Notes: generated from the letters alone by a model not told the origin. Numbered from the stretch's first letter, positions 40,053-53,636 are shown. The stretch: DNA of 64,000 bases from Escherichia coli (GCF_003334305.1 NZ_QOWS01000011.1); one strand, 5' to 3'. Numbers and translations are program-made.

Positions 40053-41459
40053 TTACTTGGAATTACTGTTGTTTTCGAACTGCTGCGTTAAGTAGCTGCT
40101 GGTGCTGTTTAACGAGGTCATTAAAACGTCCAGTTGGGTAAATTGTTCTTTGTAGCGAGCGACCTGCGCATCAATGCGATCGCTGGCGGCGTTGTAGTCT
40201 TTAGTTAACTTATTCAGGGTCTTACTAACGCCATCGGTAGCGGCTTTAATAATGCCCGTTGTCGAAAGCCAACTGGTCAGGTTGCTGCCGATGGTGGTTG
40301 TGATGCCGGTTTTTTTACCATCGCCAACAATCAATGCACCTACGCCGCTGGCATCTTTTTTCAGTGCAGCGGTGAGTTTGTCGGCATCCAGTTCCAGTTT
40401 GCCATCGCTGGGATCGGTCGTGATACCAATCTGCGCCAGCGTTTTATAGTTGGAAGAACTGACGGTATTACTCAGCATCGATTTCAACTGCGTCTGAATC
40501 GTCCGCAGCGTGGAGTCGCCGAGCAGTGCGCCATTGCTTGAACTCTGGCTATCAGCTCCCGCATCTACGGCGGTGTATTTGGTCAGGCTGCTGAAGGTAT
40601 CTATTAGCGAGTTATAGGCATTCACCCAGTCTTTAATCGCCGTTTGCGCTTTGGAGGTGTCCTGAGTGATGGTTAGCGTCTGGTTGCCCGTGGTGACATC
40701 GTTCAGGTTCAGGGTGATGTTTTCCAGCGCGTCGCTGATGGTGTTGCTGCTGTTCTCAATGGCGACGTTGTTGACCGTCAGCTGCGCATTCTGGGCGGCG
40801 ACCGAGACCTCCATACCGTTGCTACTGGCACTGGCGTCATAGCCCATAAAACTTTGTAGCGCATCATCACCGCTGACCGAGAGTGTCATCGCATTATCAA
40901 GGCCGGTGTCATTTGATGTGACTGACAGACGATATTCACCGTTACCCACGTTAATGATGCTCGCACTTACGCCCGCTTTTGCGTTGTTGATGGCATCACG
41001 GATCCCGCTTAACGACGAGTTAGCCGCGCTGATATCAATGGTAATCGGATCTTTGTCGCCGCCTTGTTGAATGGTGAGTTTGCTGTCGCTGGTGGCGATC
41101 GCCGTTTTCGTATCGTCTCTGGTGGTGCGCGTGGTCAGGGTTTGCGCCTGCGCCAGATGGGTGACGCTGATGGTGTATTTCCCGGCGATGGCGTTACCCG
41201 CGGTGGTGGCACTGAACGCGGTGGTGCTGCTGGTGGTGCTGGTGGCGGAAAAAAGATCGGCTTTAGACAATGCAGTATTGGCGGTCTGGAAAGTCGTCAG
41301 CGCGCTTTTCAGCGTACCGTAGGCGCTAAGTTTAGCGGTAAACGACGATTGCTGATTTGAAATAGGGGTTAGCGTCGCTTTTTGCGCGGCGGTGAGGCTA
41401 TCAAGGATTGAACTTAAATCCAGGCCTGACCCGACTCCCAGCGATGAAATACTTGCCAT
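40053..41459 (-). CDS. fliD: Flagellar filament cap protein FliD
   Basis: 468-aa ORF. Confidence 0.95.
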   Translation of the reverse strand: MASISSLGVGSGLDLSSILDSLTAAQKATLTPISNQQSSFTAKLSAYGTLKSALTTFQTANTALSKADLFSATSTTSSTTAFSATTAGNAIAGKYTISVTHLAQAQTLTTRTTRDDTKTAIATSDSKLTIQQGGDKDPITIDISAANSSLSGIRDAINNAKAGVSASIINVGNGEYRLSVTSNDTGLDNAMTLSVSGDDALQSFMGYDASASSNGMEVSVAAQNAQLTVNNVAIENSSNTISDALENITLNLNDVTTGNQTLTITQDTSKAQTAIKDWVNAYNSLIDTFSSLTKYTAVDAGADSQSSSNGALLGDSTLRTIQTQLKSMLSNTVSSSNYKTLAQIGITTDPSDGKLELDADKLTAALKKDASGVGALIVGDGKKTGITTTIGSNLTSWLSTTGIIKAATDGVSKTLNKLTKDYNAASDRIDAQVARYKEQFTQLDVLMTSLNSTSSYLTQQFENNSNSK

Positions 41460-41502
41460 GCGATTTCCTTTTATCTTTCGACACGTAAAACGAATACCGG
41501 GG

Positions 41503-41529
41503 TTATCGGCCTGAATTGCGCAAAGTTTA
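41503..41529 (-). promoter_or_regulatory. sigma28 (FliA) class-3 promoter of fliDST
   Basis: Minus strand TAAACTTT, 11-nt spacer, GCCGATAA. Confidence 0.8.
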
Positions 41530-41621
41530 CGTTTAATTGTTTTTTTTAATAGCGGGAATAAGGGGCAGAGAAAAGAGTATTTCGGCGACTAACAAAAAAT
41601 GGCTGTTTGTGAAAAAAATTC

Positions 41622-41648
41622 TAAAGGTTGTTTTACGACAGACGATAA
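41622..41648 (+). promoter_or_regulatory. sigma28 (FliA) class-3 promoter of fliC
   Basis: TAAAGGTT, 11-nt spacer, GACGATAA, about 75 nt upstream of the fliC ATG. Confidence 0.8.
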
Positions 41649-41724
41649 CAGGGTTGACGGCGATTGAGCCGACGGGTGGAAACCCAATACGTAATCAACG
41701 ACTTGCAATATAGGATAACGAATC

Positions 41725-43431
41725 ATGGCACAAGTCATTAATACCAACAGCCTCTCGCTGATCACTCAAAATAATATCAACAAGAACCAGTCTGCGCTGT
41801 CGAGTTCTATCGAGCGTCTGTCTTCTGGCTTGCGTATTAACAGCGCGAAGGATGACGCCGCAGGTCAGGCGATTGCTAACCGTTTTACTTCTAATATTAA
41901 AGGCCTGACTCAGGCTGCACGTAACGCCAACGACGGTATCTCCGTTGCGCAGACCACTGAAGGCGCGCTGTCCGAAATCAACAACAACTTACAGCGTATT
42001 CGTGAACTGACGGTTCAGGCTTCTACCGGGACTAACTCCGATTCAGATCTGGACTCCATTCAGGACGAAATCAAATCCCGTCTCGACGAAATTGACCGCG
42101 TATCCGGTCAGACCCAGTTCAACGGCGTGAACGTACTGGCGAAAGACGGTTCGATGAAAATTCAGGTTGGTGCGAATGACGGCCAGACTATCACTATTGA
42201 TCTGAAGAAAATTGACTCTGATACGCTGGGGCTGAATGGGTTTAACGTTAACGGCAAAGGTACTATTGCGAACAAAGCTGCTACAGTCAGCGATCTGACC
42301 GCTGCTGGTGCAACGGGAACAGGTCCTTATGCTGTGACCACAAACAATACAGCTCTCAGCGCTAGCGATGCACTGTCTCGCCTGAAAACCGGAGATACAG
42401 TTACTACTACTGGCTCGAGTGCTGCGACCTATACTTATGATGCGGCTAAAGGGAACTTCACCACTCAAGCAACAGTTGCAGATGGTGATGTTGTTAACTT
42501 TGCAAATACTCTGAAACCAGCGGCTGGCACTACTGCATCAGGTGTTTATACTCGTAGTACTGGTGATGTGAAGTTTGATGTAGATGCTAATGGCGATGTG
42601 ACCATCGGTGGTAAAGCCGCGTACCTGGACGCCACTGGTAACCTATCTACAAACAACGCCGGCATTGCATCTTCAGCGAAATTGTCCGATCTGTTTGCTA
42701 GCGGTAGTACTTTAGCGACAACTGGTTCTATCCAGCTGTCTGGCACAACTTATAACTTTGGTGCTGCGGCAACTTCTGGCGTAACCTACACCAAAACGGT
42801 AAGTGCTGATACTGTTCTGAGCACAGTACAGAGTGCTGCAACGGCTAACACAGCAGTTACTGGTGCGACAATTAAGTATAATACAGGTATTCAGTCTGCA
42901 ACTGCGTCTTTCGGTGGTGCGAATACTAATGGTGCTGGTAATTCGAATGACACCTATACTGATGCAGACAAAGAGCTCACCACAACCGCATCTTACACTA
43001 TCAACTACAACGTCGATAAGGATACCGGTACAGTAACTGTAGCTTCAAATGGCGCAGGTGCAACTGGTAAATTTGCAGCTACTGTTGGGGCACAGGCTTA
43101 TGTTAACTCTACAGGTAAACTGACCACTGAAACCACCAGTGCAGGCACTGCAACCCAAGATCCTCTGGCTGCCCTGGACGACGCTATCAGCTCCATCGAC
43201 AAATTCCGTTCATCCCTGGGTGCTATCCAGAACCGTCTGGATTCTGCGGTGACTAACCTGAACAACACCACTACCAACCTGTCTGAAGCGCAGTCCCGTA
43301 TTCAGGACGCTGACTATGCGACCGAAGTGTCCAACATGTCGAAAGCGCAGATTATCCAGCAGGCCGGTAACTCCGTGCTGGCAAAAGCCAACCAGGTACC
43401 GCAGCAGGTTCTGTCTCTGCTGCAGGGATAA
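41725..43431 (+). CDS. fliC: Flagellin (H antigen), 568 aa, non-K-12 central domain
   Basis: Conserved N-terminal ([20 protein letters not shown]...) and C-terminal (LSLLQG) flagellin domains flanking a long Thr/Ala/Gly-rich variable region. Confidence 0.95.
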   Translation: MAQVINTNSLSLITQNNINKNQSALSSSIERLSSGLRINSAKDDAAGQAIANRFTSNIKGLTQAARNANDGISVAQTTEGALSEINNNLQRIRELTVQASTGTNSDSDLDSIQDEIKSRLDEIDRVSGQTQFNGVNVLAKDGSMKIQVGANDGQTITIDLKKIDSDTLGLNGFNVNGKGTIANKAATVSDLTAAGATGTGPYAVTTNNTALSASDALSRLKTGDTVTTTGSSAATYTYDAAKGNFTTQATVADGDVVNFANTLKPAAGTTASGVYTRSTGDVKFDVDANGDVTIGGKAAYLDATGNLSTNNAGIASSAKLSDLFASGSTLATTGSIQLSGTTYNFGAAATSGVTYTKTVSADTVLSTVQSAATANTAVTGATIKYNTGIQSATASFGGANTNGAGNSNDTYTDADKELTTTASYTINYNVDKDTGTVTVASNGAGATGKFAATVGAQAYVNSTGKLTTETTSAGTATQDPLAALDDAISSIDKFRSSLGAIQNRLDSAVTNLNNTTTNLSEAQSRIQDADYATEVSNMSKAQIIQQAGNSVLAKANQVPQQVLSLLQG

Positions 43432-43447
43432 TCGCCTGATTACGCGC

Positions 43448-43472
43448 AAACCCCGCTCCGGCGGGGTTTTTT
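43448..43472 (+). terminator. fliC intrinsic terminator
   Basis: AAACCCCGC TCCG GCGGGGTTTTTT hairpin with U-tract. Confidence 0.9.
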
Positions 43473-43560
43473 ACAATCGGCTTTTTGCGTAACCCCCAAA
43501 TAACCCCTCATTTCACCCACTAATCGTCCGATTAAAAACCCTGCAGAAACGGATAATCAT

Positions 43561-43568
43561 GCCGATAA
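43561..43568 (+). promoter_or_regulatory. Candidate sigma28 -10 element upstream of fliA
   Basis: GCCGATAA 25 nt upstream of the fliA GTG; no good -35 located. Confidence 0.4.
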
Positions 43569-43593
43569 CTCATATAACGCAGGGCTGTTTATC

Positions 43594-44313
43594 GTGAATT
43601 CACTCTATACCGCTGAAGGTGTAATGGATAAACACTCGCTGTGGCAGCGTTATGTCCCGCTGGTGCGTCACGAAGCATTGCGCCTGCAGGTTCGACTGCC
43701 CGCGAGCGTGGAACTTGACGATCTGCTACAGGCGGGCGGCATTGGGTTACTTAATGCCGTCGAACGCTATGACGCCCTACAAGGAACGGCATTTACAACT
43801 TACGCAGTGCAGCGTATCCGTGGCGCTATGCTGGATGAACTTCGCAGCCGTGACTGGGTGCCGCGCAGCGTGCGACGCAACGCGCGTGAAGTGGCACAGG
43901 CAATAGGGCAACTGGAGCAGGAACTTGGCCGCAACGCCACGGAAACTGAGGTAGCGGAACGTTTAGGGATCGATATTGCCGATTATCGCCAAATGTTGCT
44001 CGACACCAATAACAGCCAGCTCTTCTCCTACGATGAGTGGCGCGAAGAGCACGGCGATAGCATTGAACTGGTTACTGATGATCATCAGCGAGAAAACCCG
44101 CTACAACAACTGCTGGACAGTAATCTGCGCCAGCGGGTGATGGAAGCTATCGAAACGTTGCCGGAGCGCGAAAAACTGGTATTAACCCTCTATTACCAGG
44201 AAGAGCTGAATCTCAAAGAGATTGGTGCAGTGCTGGAGGTCGGGGAATCGCGGGTCAGTCAGTTACACAGCCAGGCCATTAAACGGTTACGCACTAAACT
44301 GGGTAAGTTATAA
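43594..44313 (+). CDS. fliA: Flagellar sigma factor sigma28
   Basis: 239-aa ORF from a GTG start, sigma70-family regions 2-4. Confidence 0.95.
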   Translation: MNSLYTAEGVMDKHSLWQRYVPLVRHEALRLQVRLPASVELDDLLQAGGIGLLNAVERYDALQGTAFTTYAVQRIRGAMLDELRSRDWVPRSVRRNAREVAQAIGQLEQELGRNATETEVAERLGIDIADYRQMLLDTNNSQLFSYDEWREEHGDSIELVTDDHQRENPLQQLLDSNLRQRVMEAIETLPEREKLVLTLYYQEELNLKEIGAVLEVGESRVSQLHSQAIKRLRTKLGKL

Positions 44314-44358
44314 CGTCAGTAAATGCCGCACTTTAATTTTGACTACCAGGAGTTCTTA

Positions 44359-44910
44359 ATGATGGTGCAGCACCTGAAAAGACGGCCATTAAGCCGCTAT
44401 CTTAAAGACTTTAAACACAGCCAGACCCATTGCGCGCATTGCCGTAAATTACTCGATCGCATTACCCTCGTTCGCGACGGCAAAATAGTGAATAAAATAG
44501 AGATTTCCCGCCTGGACACGCTGCTTGATGAAAATGGCTGGCAAGTGGAACAACAATCATGGGCGGCATTGTGCCGATTTTGCGGTGATTTACATTGCAA
44601 AACGCAGAGTGATTTTTTCGATATTATCGGCTTTAAGCAATTTCTTTTTGAGCAAACTGAAATGAGCCCTGGTACGGTGCGTGAATATGTCGTTCGTCTG
44701 CGCCGTTTGGGGAATCATCTACACGAGCAAAATATTTCCCTCGATCAACTGCAGGACGGTTTTCTTGATGAAATCCTCGCCCCGTGGCTGCCCTCCACCA
44801 GCACCAACAATTACCGCATCGCGTTACGGAAGTATCAACACTATCAGCGTCAAACGTGTACCGGACTTGTGCAGAAATCCTCCAGCCTGCCTGCTTCTGA
44901 TATATATTAA
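44359..44910 (+). CDS. fliZ: Regulator FliZ
   Basis: 183-aa frame starting MMVQHLKRRPLSRYL. Confidence 0.9.
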   Translation: MMVQHLKRRPLSRYLKDFKHSQTHCAHCRKLLDRITLVRDGKIVNKIEISRLDTLLDENGWQVEQQSWAALCRFCGDLHCKTQSDFFDIIGFKQFLFEQTEMSPGTVREYVVRLRRLGNHLHEQNISLDQLQDGFLDEILAPWLPSTSTNNYRIALRKYQHYQRQTCTGLVQKSSSLPASDIY

Positions 44911-44997
44911 ATAAGAATAAGATGTAGCGGAGTTGTTTTTGTGTTTACAAACAATGGCTCTACACTGCAAACAGACATAACAACATTCGGGGTGAAT

Positions 44998-46889
<1,892 letters not shown>

Positions 46890-46903
46890 CTCCGGAAATG
46901 CTC

Positions 46904-47572
46904 ATGCAAGAAAGTATACAACTGGTTATTGATTCCTTGCCGTTCCTGCTGAAAGGGGCTGGGTATACGCTGCAACTCAGTATCGGCGGCATGTTTTTTG
47001 GCTTACTGCTAGGGTTTATTCTCGCGCTGATGCGCCTTTCGCCAATCTGGCCCGTGCGCTGGCTGGCGCGTTTTTATATCTCTATTTTTCGTGGTACGCC
47101 ACTCATCGCACAACTGTTTATGATCTATTACGGCTTGCCGCAGTTTGGCATCGAACTAGATCCCATTCCGTCAGCAATGATTGGTCTGTCGCTAAACACT
47201 GCCGCCTATGCTGCCGAAACGCTGCGTGCCGCCATTTCTTCTATTGATAAAGGTCAGTGGGAAGCTGCTGCCAGTATTGGTATGACGCCGTGGCAGACCA
47301 TGCGTCGCGCGATTTTGCCACAGGCGGCGCGGGTGGCGTTGCCGCCGCTGTCGAACAGCTTTATCAGCCTGGTAAAAGATACGTCGCTGGCCGCGACAAT
47401 CCAGGTACCGGAGCTGTTCCGTCAGGCGCAGTTGATTACCTCGCGTACGCTGGAGGTGTTCACCATGTATCTGGCGGCTTCGCTCATCTACTGGATCATG
47501 GCGACAGTGTTATCGACGTTGCAGAACCATTTTGAGAATCAACTTAATCGCCAGGAGAGAGAACCAAAATGA
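46904..47572 (+). CDS. tcyL: L-cystine ABC transporter permease TcyL (YecS)
   Basis: 222-aa membrane ORF with the ABC permease EAA-type motif. Confidence 0.9.
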   Translation: MQESIQLVIDSLPFLLKGAGYTLQLSIGGMFFGLLLGFILALMRLSPIWPVRWLARFYISIFRGTPLIAQLFMIYYGLPQFGIELDPIPSAMIGLSLNTAAYAAETLRAAISSIDKGQWEAAASIGMTPWQTMRRAILPQAARVALPPLSNSFISLVKDTSLAATIQVPELFRQAQLITSRTLEVFTMYLAASLIYWIMATVLSTLQNHFENQLNRQEREPK

Positions 47573-48321
47573 GTGCCATTGAAGTTAAGAACCTGGTGAA
47601 AAAATTCCACGGTCAGACGGTGCTGCACGGTATCGACCTTGAGGTGAAGCCTGGCGAAGTAGTGGCAATTATCGGTCCGAGTGGTTCCGGCAAAACCACG
47701 TTGCTACGCAGCATAAATCTGCTGGAACAACCGGAAGCGGGAACCATCACCGTTGGCGATATCACTATTGATACTGCACGTTCATTAAGTCAGCAAAAAT
47801 CGCTGATTCGCCAGTTGCGTCAGCACGTCGGGTTTGTCTTCCAGAACTTTAATCTGTTTCCGCATCGTACGGTGCTGGAAAACATTATTGAAGGGCCGGT
47901 GATCGTCAAAGGCGAACCGAAAGAAGAGGCCACGGCGCGCGCTCGCGAGCTGCTGGCGAAAGTTGGGCTGGCCGGTAAAGAAACCAGTTATCCACGTCGT
48001 TTGTCTGGCGGTCAACAGCAGCGCGTTGCGATTGCGCGTGCTCTGGCAATGCGTCCTGAAGTGATTTTGTTTGATGAGCCAACGTCGGCGCTGGATCCAG
48101 AGCTGGTGGGCGAAGTCCTGAACACCATTCGTCAGCTGGCGCAGGAAAAGCGCACGATGGTGATTGTGACGCACGAAATGAGCTTTGCCCGGGATGTTGC
48201 GGACCGGGCGATTTTTATGGACCAGGGGCGGATAGTCGAGCAGGGGGTAGCAAAAGCGTTATTTGCCGATCCTCAGCAGCCTCGCACCCGCCAGTTCCTC
48301 GAGAAGTTTCTGCTGCAATAA
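47569..48321 (+). CDS. tcyN: L-cystine ABC transporter ATPase TcyN (YecC)
   Basis: 250-aa ORF with Walker A GPSGSGKTT and signature LSGGQQQR. Confidence 0.9.
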   Translation: MSAIEVKNLVKKFHGQTVLHGIDLEVKPGEVVAIIGPSGSGKTTLLRSINLLEQPEAGTITVGDITIDTARSLSQQKSLIRQLRQHVGFVFQNFNLFPHRTVLENIIEGPVIVKGEPKEEATARARELLAKVGLAGKETSYPRRLSGGQQQRVAIARALAMRPEVILFDEPTSALDPELVGEVLNTIRQLAQEKRTMVIVTHEMSFARDVADRAIFMDQGRIVEQGVAKALFADPQQPRTRQFLEKFLLQ

Positions 48322-48550
48322 TAAGAAAAAATCAGCCCCGACGATTCACCAGTCGGGGCGGTGCGCCACTTCAAACGTGATAAAACTGCTTAACAAATCA
48401 GCATAACTCATTAATAACATAAGAGAATGCGATGGCTTGCAAAAGTAATTCATTGCCTGAATAATATAAATTATATATAAATCTTATTTATGTGATAGTT
48501 TGAATTATCATTATAAATGATACTCACTCTCAGGGGCGTTGCGGTTTACT

Positions 48551-49273
48551 ATGCAGGATACGGATTTTTTCAGCTGGCTTCGCACGATGCTGTTGCGTTT
48601 TCAGAGGATGGAGGCCGCAGAAGAGGTCTACCATGAAATAGAGCTTCAGGCTCAGCAGCTGGAGTACGATTACTATTCGTTATGTGTTCGCCACCCGGTA
48701 CCATTCACGCGACCTAAAGTGGCTTTCTACACCAATTACCCTGAGTCGTGGGTTAGTTATTATCAGGCAAAAAATTTTCTCGCAATTGATCCTGTGCTGA
48801 ACCCTGAAAACTTTAGTCAGGGCCATTTAATGTGGAATGATGACTTATTCAGCGAAGCACAGCCGTTATGGGAAGCTGCGCGCGCACATGGTTTACGCCG
48901 CGGTGTCACTCAGTATTTAATGCTGCCAAATCGGGCGCTGGGCTTTTTGTCCTTTTCCCGTTGCAGCACGCGCGAAATACCCATTCTTAGTGATGAACTG
49001 CAATTAAAAATGCAGTTACTGGTGCGCGAAAGTCTGATGGCTCTAATGCGTTTAAATGATGAAATAGTGATGACGCCAGAGATGAATTTCAGCAAGCGCG
49101 AAAAAGAAATTTTGAAATGGACGGCGGAAGGGAAGACATCAGCAGAGATAGCGATGATTTTGTCAATCTCTGAGAATACGGTCAATTTCCATCAGAAAAA
49201 CATGCAGAAAAAAATCAATGCACCGAATAAGACCCAGGTGGCCTGTTACGCGGCCGCTACTGGCTTAATTTGA
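48551..49273 (+). CDS. sdiA: LuxR-family quorum-sensing regulator SdiA
   Basis: 240-aa frame starting MQDTDFFSW; autoinducer-binding and HTH domains. Confidence 0.95.
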   Translation: MQDTDFFSWLRTMLLRFQRMEAAEEVYHEIELQAQQLEYDYYSLCVRHPVPFTRPKVAFYTNYPESWVSYYQAKNFLAIDPVLNPENFSQGHLMWNDDLFSEAQPLWEAARAHGLRRGVTQYLMLPNRALGFLSFSRCSTREIPILSDELQLKMQLLVRESLMALMRLNDEIVMTPEMNFSKREKEILKWTAEGKTSAEIAMILSISENTVNFHQKNMQKKINAPNKTQVACYAAATGLI

Positions 49274-49300
49274 TCGCTTTTCTTTCTGCGTGCCAGATGC

Positions 49301-49339
49301 AAAAACCGGCTGAAAGACACGCTCTCAGCCGGTTTTATA
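49301..49339. terminator. Bidirectional intrinsic terminator between sdiA and yecF
   Basis: ACCGGCTGA...TCAGCCGGT hairpin flanked by an A-run and a T-run. Confidence 0.8.
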
Positions 49340-49564
49340 TTACTGACGGTAGGCTTGTTTAATTTGCTTAACCGTTTTGGAAAATACTGCAGCCTGGGTT
49401 TCGTCTTCGATCAGCGCAAGCTGTTTTTCCATCTTTAACATCACGCGGCCCGCGTCAGCTTGTCCCATCGCCTGCAGCATCAGCGTCAGCATCGCTTTCA
49501 GGCAGGAGACTTCATTTGCCAGTTCTTGATTATTCTCGGCAGTAGAAAAATCAGGCGTACTCAT
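49340..49564 (-). CDS. yecF: Small protein YecF
   Basis: 74-aa ORF. Confidence 0.8.
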
Positions 49565-50022
49565 TTATTTTCCTCGTCATGTTGCAATGAAAATTTGCGG
49601 TGAAAAATGTTAAGGCGGCGGAGTATACCATAAGCTTTGCTAAAAATAGCAGTGGTTGTTTTTTGAGCGTGGTATCGGCAGTGCTATAAAATACGTTAAT
49701 ATAATGACCAATAAATATTTTTATCATGAATGTTTTTTGCCCGTATTGTTCGGGTTAATTAATGTTACATATTCAGCGGGATGATTTTCATTTTTGCTGA
49801 ATAAAGTCAATTTTTGTCACATTTCATCGTAGGGCTTACTGTGAAACGATCCGGTAAGCCGTTGGTGACGGGCGTGACCATAACTGTGGACAATCGAATT
49901 TACAAAAACGAGAGAAAAATCGAATACCCACCATTTTTAACGTTTCAAAGTTGCAATAAAAACCGCTAATATACGAATGACTAACTATCAGTAGCGTTAT
50001 CCCTATTTCTGGAGATATTCCT

Positions 50023-50679
50023 TTGATCAACGTTCTACTTGTTGATGACCACGAACTGGTGCGCGCAGGGATACGACGCATTCTGGAAGATATAAAGGGT
50101 ATAAAAGTCGTCGGTGAGGCATCGTGCGGTGAAGACGCCGTTAAGTGGTGCCGGGCAAATGCCGTTGACGTGGTGCTAATGGACATGAGTATGCCGGGCA
50201 TTGGCGGTCTTGAGGCGACGCGTAAAATCGCGCGTTCCACAGCTGATGTCAAAATCATCATGCTTACTGTCCATACAGAAAACCCTTTACCAGCGAAAGT
50301 CATGCAGGCCGGTGCTGCGGGCTACCTCAGCAAAGGCGCGGCTCCGCAGGAAGTCGTGAGTGCGATCCGTTCTGTCTATTCAGGGCAGCGTTACATTGCT
50401 TCTGACATCGCTCAACAAATGGCGTTAAGCCAGATCGAACCAGAAAAAACAGAAAGCCCATTTGCCAGTTTGTCTGAACGTGAATTGCAGATTATGCTGA
50501 TGATCACCAAGGGCCAGAAGGTCAATGAGATCTCAGAACAGCTCAATCTCAGTCCGAAAACGGTGAACAGCTACCGCTATCGTATGTTCAGTAAACTAAA
50601 CATTCATGGCGATGTTGAGCTGACTCACCTGGCAATTCGCCATGGTCTGTGTAATGCGGAGACATTATCAAGTCAGTGA
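50023..50679 (+). CDS. uvrY: BarA-cognate response regulator UvrY
   Basis: 218-aa ORF from a TTG start (M)[15 protein letters not shown]; receiver plus LuxR-type HTH. Confidence 0.95.
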
Positions 50680-52508
50680 GTGATCAGTTTGACGCAAAAG
50701 CGTTTTTAAAAACCGTAACCAGCCAGCCAGGCGTTTATCGCATGTACGATGCTGGTGGTACGGTTATCTATGTCGGCAAAGCGAAAGACCTGAAAAAACG
50801 GCTTTCCAGCTATTTCCGTAGCAACCTCGCTTCGCGCAAAACCGAAGCGCTGGTCGCCCAGATCCAGCAAATTGATGTAACGGTTACTCATACAGAAACC
50901 GAAGCGCTGTTGCTGGAACACAACTACATCAAACTCTATCAGCCGCGTTACAACGTTTTGCTACGCGATGATAAATCTTATCCTTTTATCTTCCTGAGTG
51001 GCGATACCCACCCGCGTCTGGCGATGCATCGTGGTGCGAAGCATGCCAAAGGTGAATATTTCGGCCCGTTCCCGAATGGCTATGCCGTACGTGAAACACT
51101 GGCGTTACTGCAAAAGATATTCCCCATTCGCCAGTGCGAAAATAGTGTTTATCGCAATCGCTCGCGTCCGTGTCTGCAATATCAGATAGGGCGCTGTCTG
51201 GGGCCGTGCGTTGAAGGACTGGTGAGTGAAGAAGAATACGCTCAGCAGGTCGAGTATGTGCGCTTGTTTTTGTCTGGCAAAGATGATCAGGTGCTTACGC
51301 AACTCATTAGTCGTATGGAAACTGCAAGTCAAAATCTGGAGTTTGAAGAAGCGGCGCGGATTCGCGACCAAATTCAGGCGGTGCGACGTGTCACCGAAAA
51401 ACAGTTTGTTTCCAATACCGGCGACGACCTTGACGTTATTGGAGTGGCGTTCGATGCGGGTATGGCTTGTGTCCACGTATTGTTCATTCGTCAGGGCAAA
51501 GTGCTCGGCAGCCGCAGCTATTTCCCGAAAGTGCCTGGCGGTACGGAACTGAGCGAGGTGGTGGAAACCTTCGTAGGTCAGTTCTATTTACAAGGCAGCC
51601 AGATGCGCACCTTACCGGGTGAGATCCTGCTCGATTTTAATCTTAGCGATAAAACGCTGCTCGCTGATTCCCTTTCAGAACTGGCGGGACGCAAGATTAA
51701 TGTTCAAACCAAACCTCGTGGCGATAGAGCGCGTTATCTGAAACTCGCGCGCACCAATGCGGCGACGGCCTTAACCAGCAAACTTTCGCAGCAATCTACC
51801 GTTCACCAGCGGCTGACCGCGCTTGCCAGCGTGTTGAAATTGCCGGAAGTGAAGCGGATGGAGTGCTTTGACATCAGCCATACCATGGGTGAACAAACCG
51901 TCGCTTCCTGTGTGGTGTTTGATGCTAACGGCCCGCTGCGTGCGGAGTATCGGCGCTATAACATTACTGGCATCACGCCGGGCGATGATTATGCGGCGAT
52001 GAATCAGGTGCTGCGTCGGCGTTATGGTAAAGCCATTGACGACAGTAAGATCCCGGATGTGATCCTTATCGACGGCGGCAAAGGCCAGCTTGCGCAGGCG
52101 AAAAATGTCTTCGCCGAACTGGATGTCTCATGGGATAAAAATCATCCGCTGCTACTTGGCGTTGCCAAAGGAGCAGATAGGAAGGCTGGGCTGGAAACGC
52201 TGTTCTTTGAGCCGGAAGGTGAGGGATTCAGTTTGCCGCCAGATTCTCCCGCGCTGCATGTTATCCAGCATATTCGTGATGAATCTCACGATCACGCGAT
52301 TGGTGGGCACCGTAAGAAACGGGCGAAGGTCAAAAATACCAGTTCCCTGGAAACCATTGAAGGCGTCGGGCCAAAACGTCGGCAAATGTTGTTGAAATAT
52401 ATGGGCGGTTTGCAAGGTTTACGTAACGCCAGCGTTGAGGAAATTGCAAAAGTGCCGGGTATTTCGCAAGGTCTGGCAGAAAAGATCTTCTGGTCGTTGA
52501 AACATTGA
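50676..52508 (+). CDS. uvrC: Excinuclease ABC subunit C
   Basis: 610-aa ORF with GIY-YIG N-terminal domain. Confidence 0.95.
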
Positions 52509-52564
52509 TGTCTCTGTAGCAACATAGGGGTAATCTTACTGACAACAGATAGTTACCCGTCATT

Positions 52565-53113
52565 ATGCAATTTAATATCCCTACGTTGCTTACACTGTTC
52601 CGTGTCATCCTTATCCCATTCTTTGTATTGGTCTTTTATCTGCCTGTCACCTGGTCGCCGTTTGCCGCCGCGCTCATTTTCTGCGTCGCGGCGGTGACTG
52701 ACTGGTTCGATGGTTTTCTGGCACGCCGCTGGAACCAGAGTACCCGGTTTGGTGCTTTCCTTGACCCTGTCGCAGATAAAGTTCTCGTGGCTATCGCCAT
52801 GGTGCTGGTAACCGAGCATTATCACAGCTGGTGGGTGACCTTACCGGCGGCAACGATGATCGCCCGTGAAATTATTATTTCTGCGCTACGCGAATGGATG
52901 GCGGAGTTGGGTAAACGCAGTAGCGTGGCTGTCTCCTGGATTGGGAAAGTGAAAACAACTGCCCAGATGGTGGCGTTGGCCTGGCTGCTGTGGCGTCCGA
53001 ACATTTGGGTTGAGTACGCCGGTATTGCACTTTTCTTTGTGGCTGCTGTACTGACGCTGTGGTCAATGTTGCAATATTTGAGCGCTGCGCGTGCAGATTT
53101 GCTTGATCAGTGA
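52565..53113 (+). CDS. pgsA: CDP-diacylglycerol--glycerol-3-phosphate 3-phosphatidyltransferase
   Basis: 182-aa membrane ORF. Confidence 0.95.
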
Positions 53114-53163
53114 TCGTTTCGGCGCAATTTTCAGCAAACGATCAAAAGTGGTGAAAAATATCG

Positions 53164-53191
53164 TTGACTCATCGCGCCAGGTAAGTAGAAT
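53164..53191 (+). promoter_or_regulatory. Candidate sigma70 promoter of the glyW-cysT-leuZ operon
   Basis: TTGACT, 16-nt spacer, TAGAAT followed by a GC-rich discriminator. Confidence 0.5.
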
Positions 53192-53264
53192 GCAACGCAT
53201 CGAACGGCGGCACTGATTGCCAGACGATAATAAAATCAAGTGATTAACTGATTGCTTGATGAAT

Positions 53265-53340
<76 letters not shown>

Positions 53341-53394
53341 GTTTAAAAGACATCGGCGTCAAGCGGATGTCTGGCTGAAAGGCCTGAAGAATTT

Positions 53395-53468
53395 GGCGCG
53401 TTAACAAAGCGGTTATGTAGCGGATTGCAAATCCGTCTAGTCCGGTTCGACTCCGGAACGCGCCTCCA
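53395..53468 (+). tRNA. cysT: tRNA-Cys (GCA)
   Basis: 74-nt match to remembered tRNA-Cys. Confidence 0.95.
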
Positions 53469-53480
53469 CTTTCTTCCCGA

Positions 53481-53567
53481 GCCCGGATGGTGGAATCGGT
53501 AGACACAAGGGATTTAAAATCCCTCGGCGTTCGCGCTGTGCGGGTTCAAGTCCCGCTCCGGGTACCA
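53481..53567 (+). tRNA. leuZ: tRNA-Leu (UAA)
   Basis: 87-nt match to remembered tRNA-Leu with long variable arm. Confidence 0.95.
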
Positions 53568-53610
53568 TGGGAAAGATAAGAATAAAATCAAAGCAATAAG
53601 CAGTGTCGTG

Positions 53611-53636
53611 AAACCACCTTCGGGTGGTTTTTTTGT
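53611..53636 (+). terminator. Intrinsic terminator of the tRNA operon
   Basis: AAACCACC TTCG GGTGGTTTTTTTG hairpin with U-tract. Confidence 0.85.
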
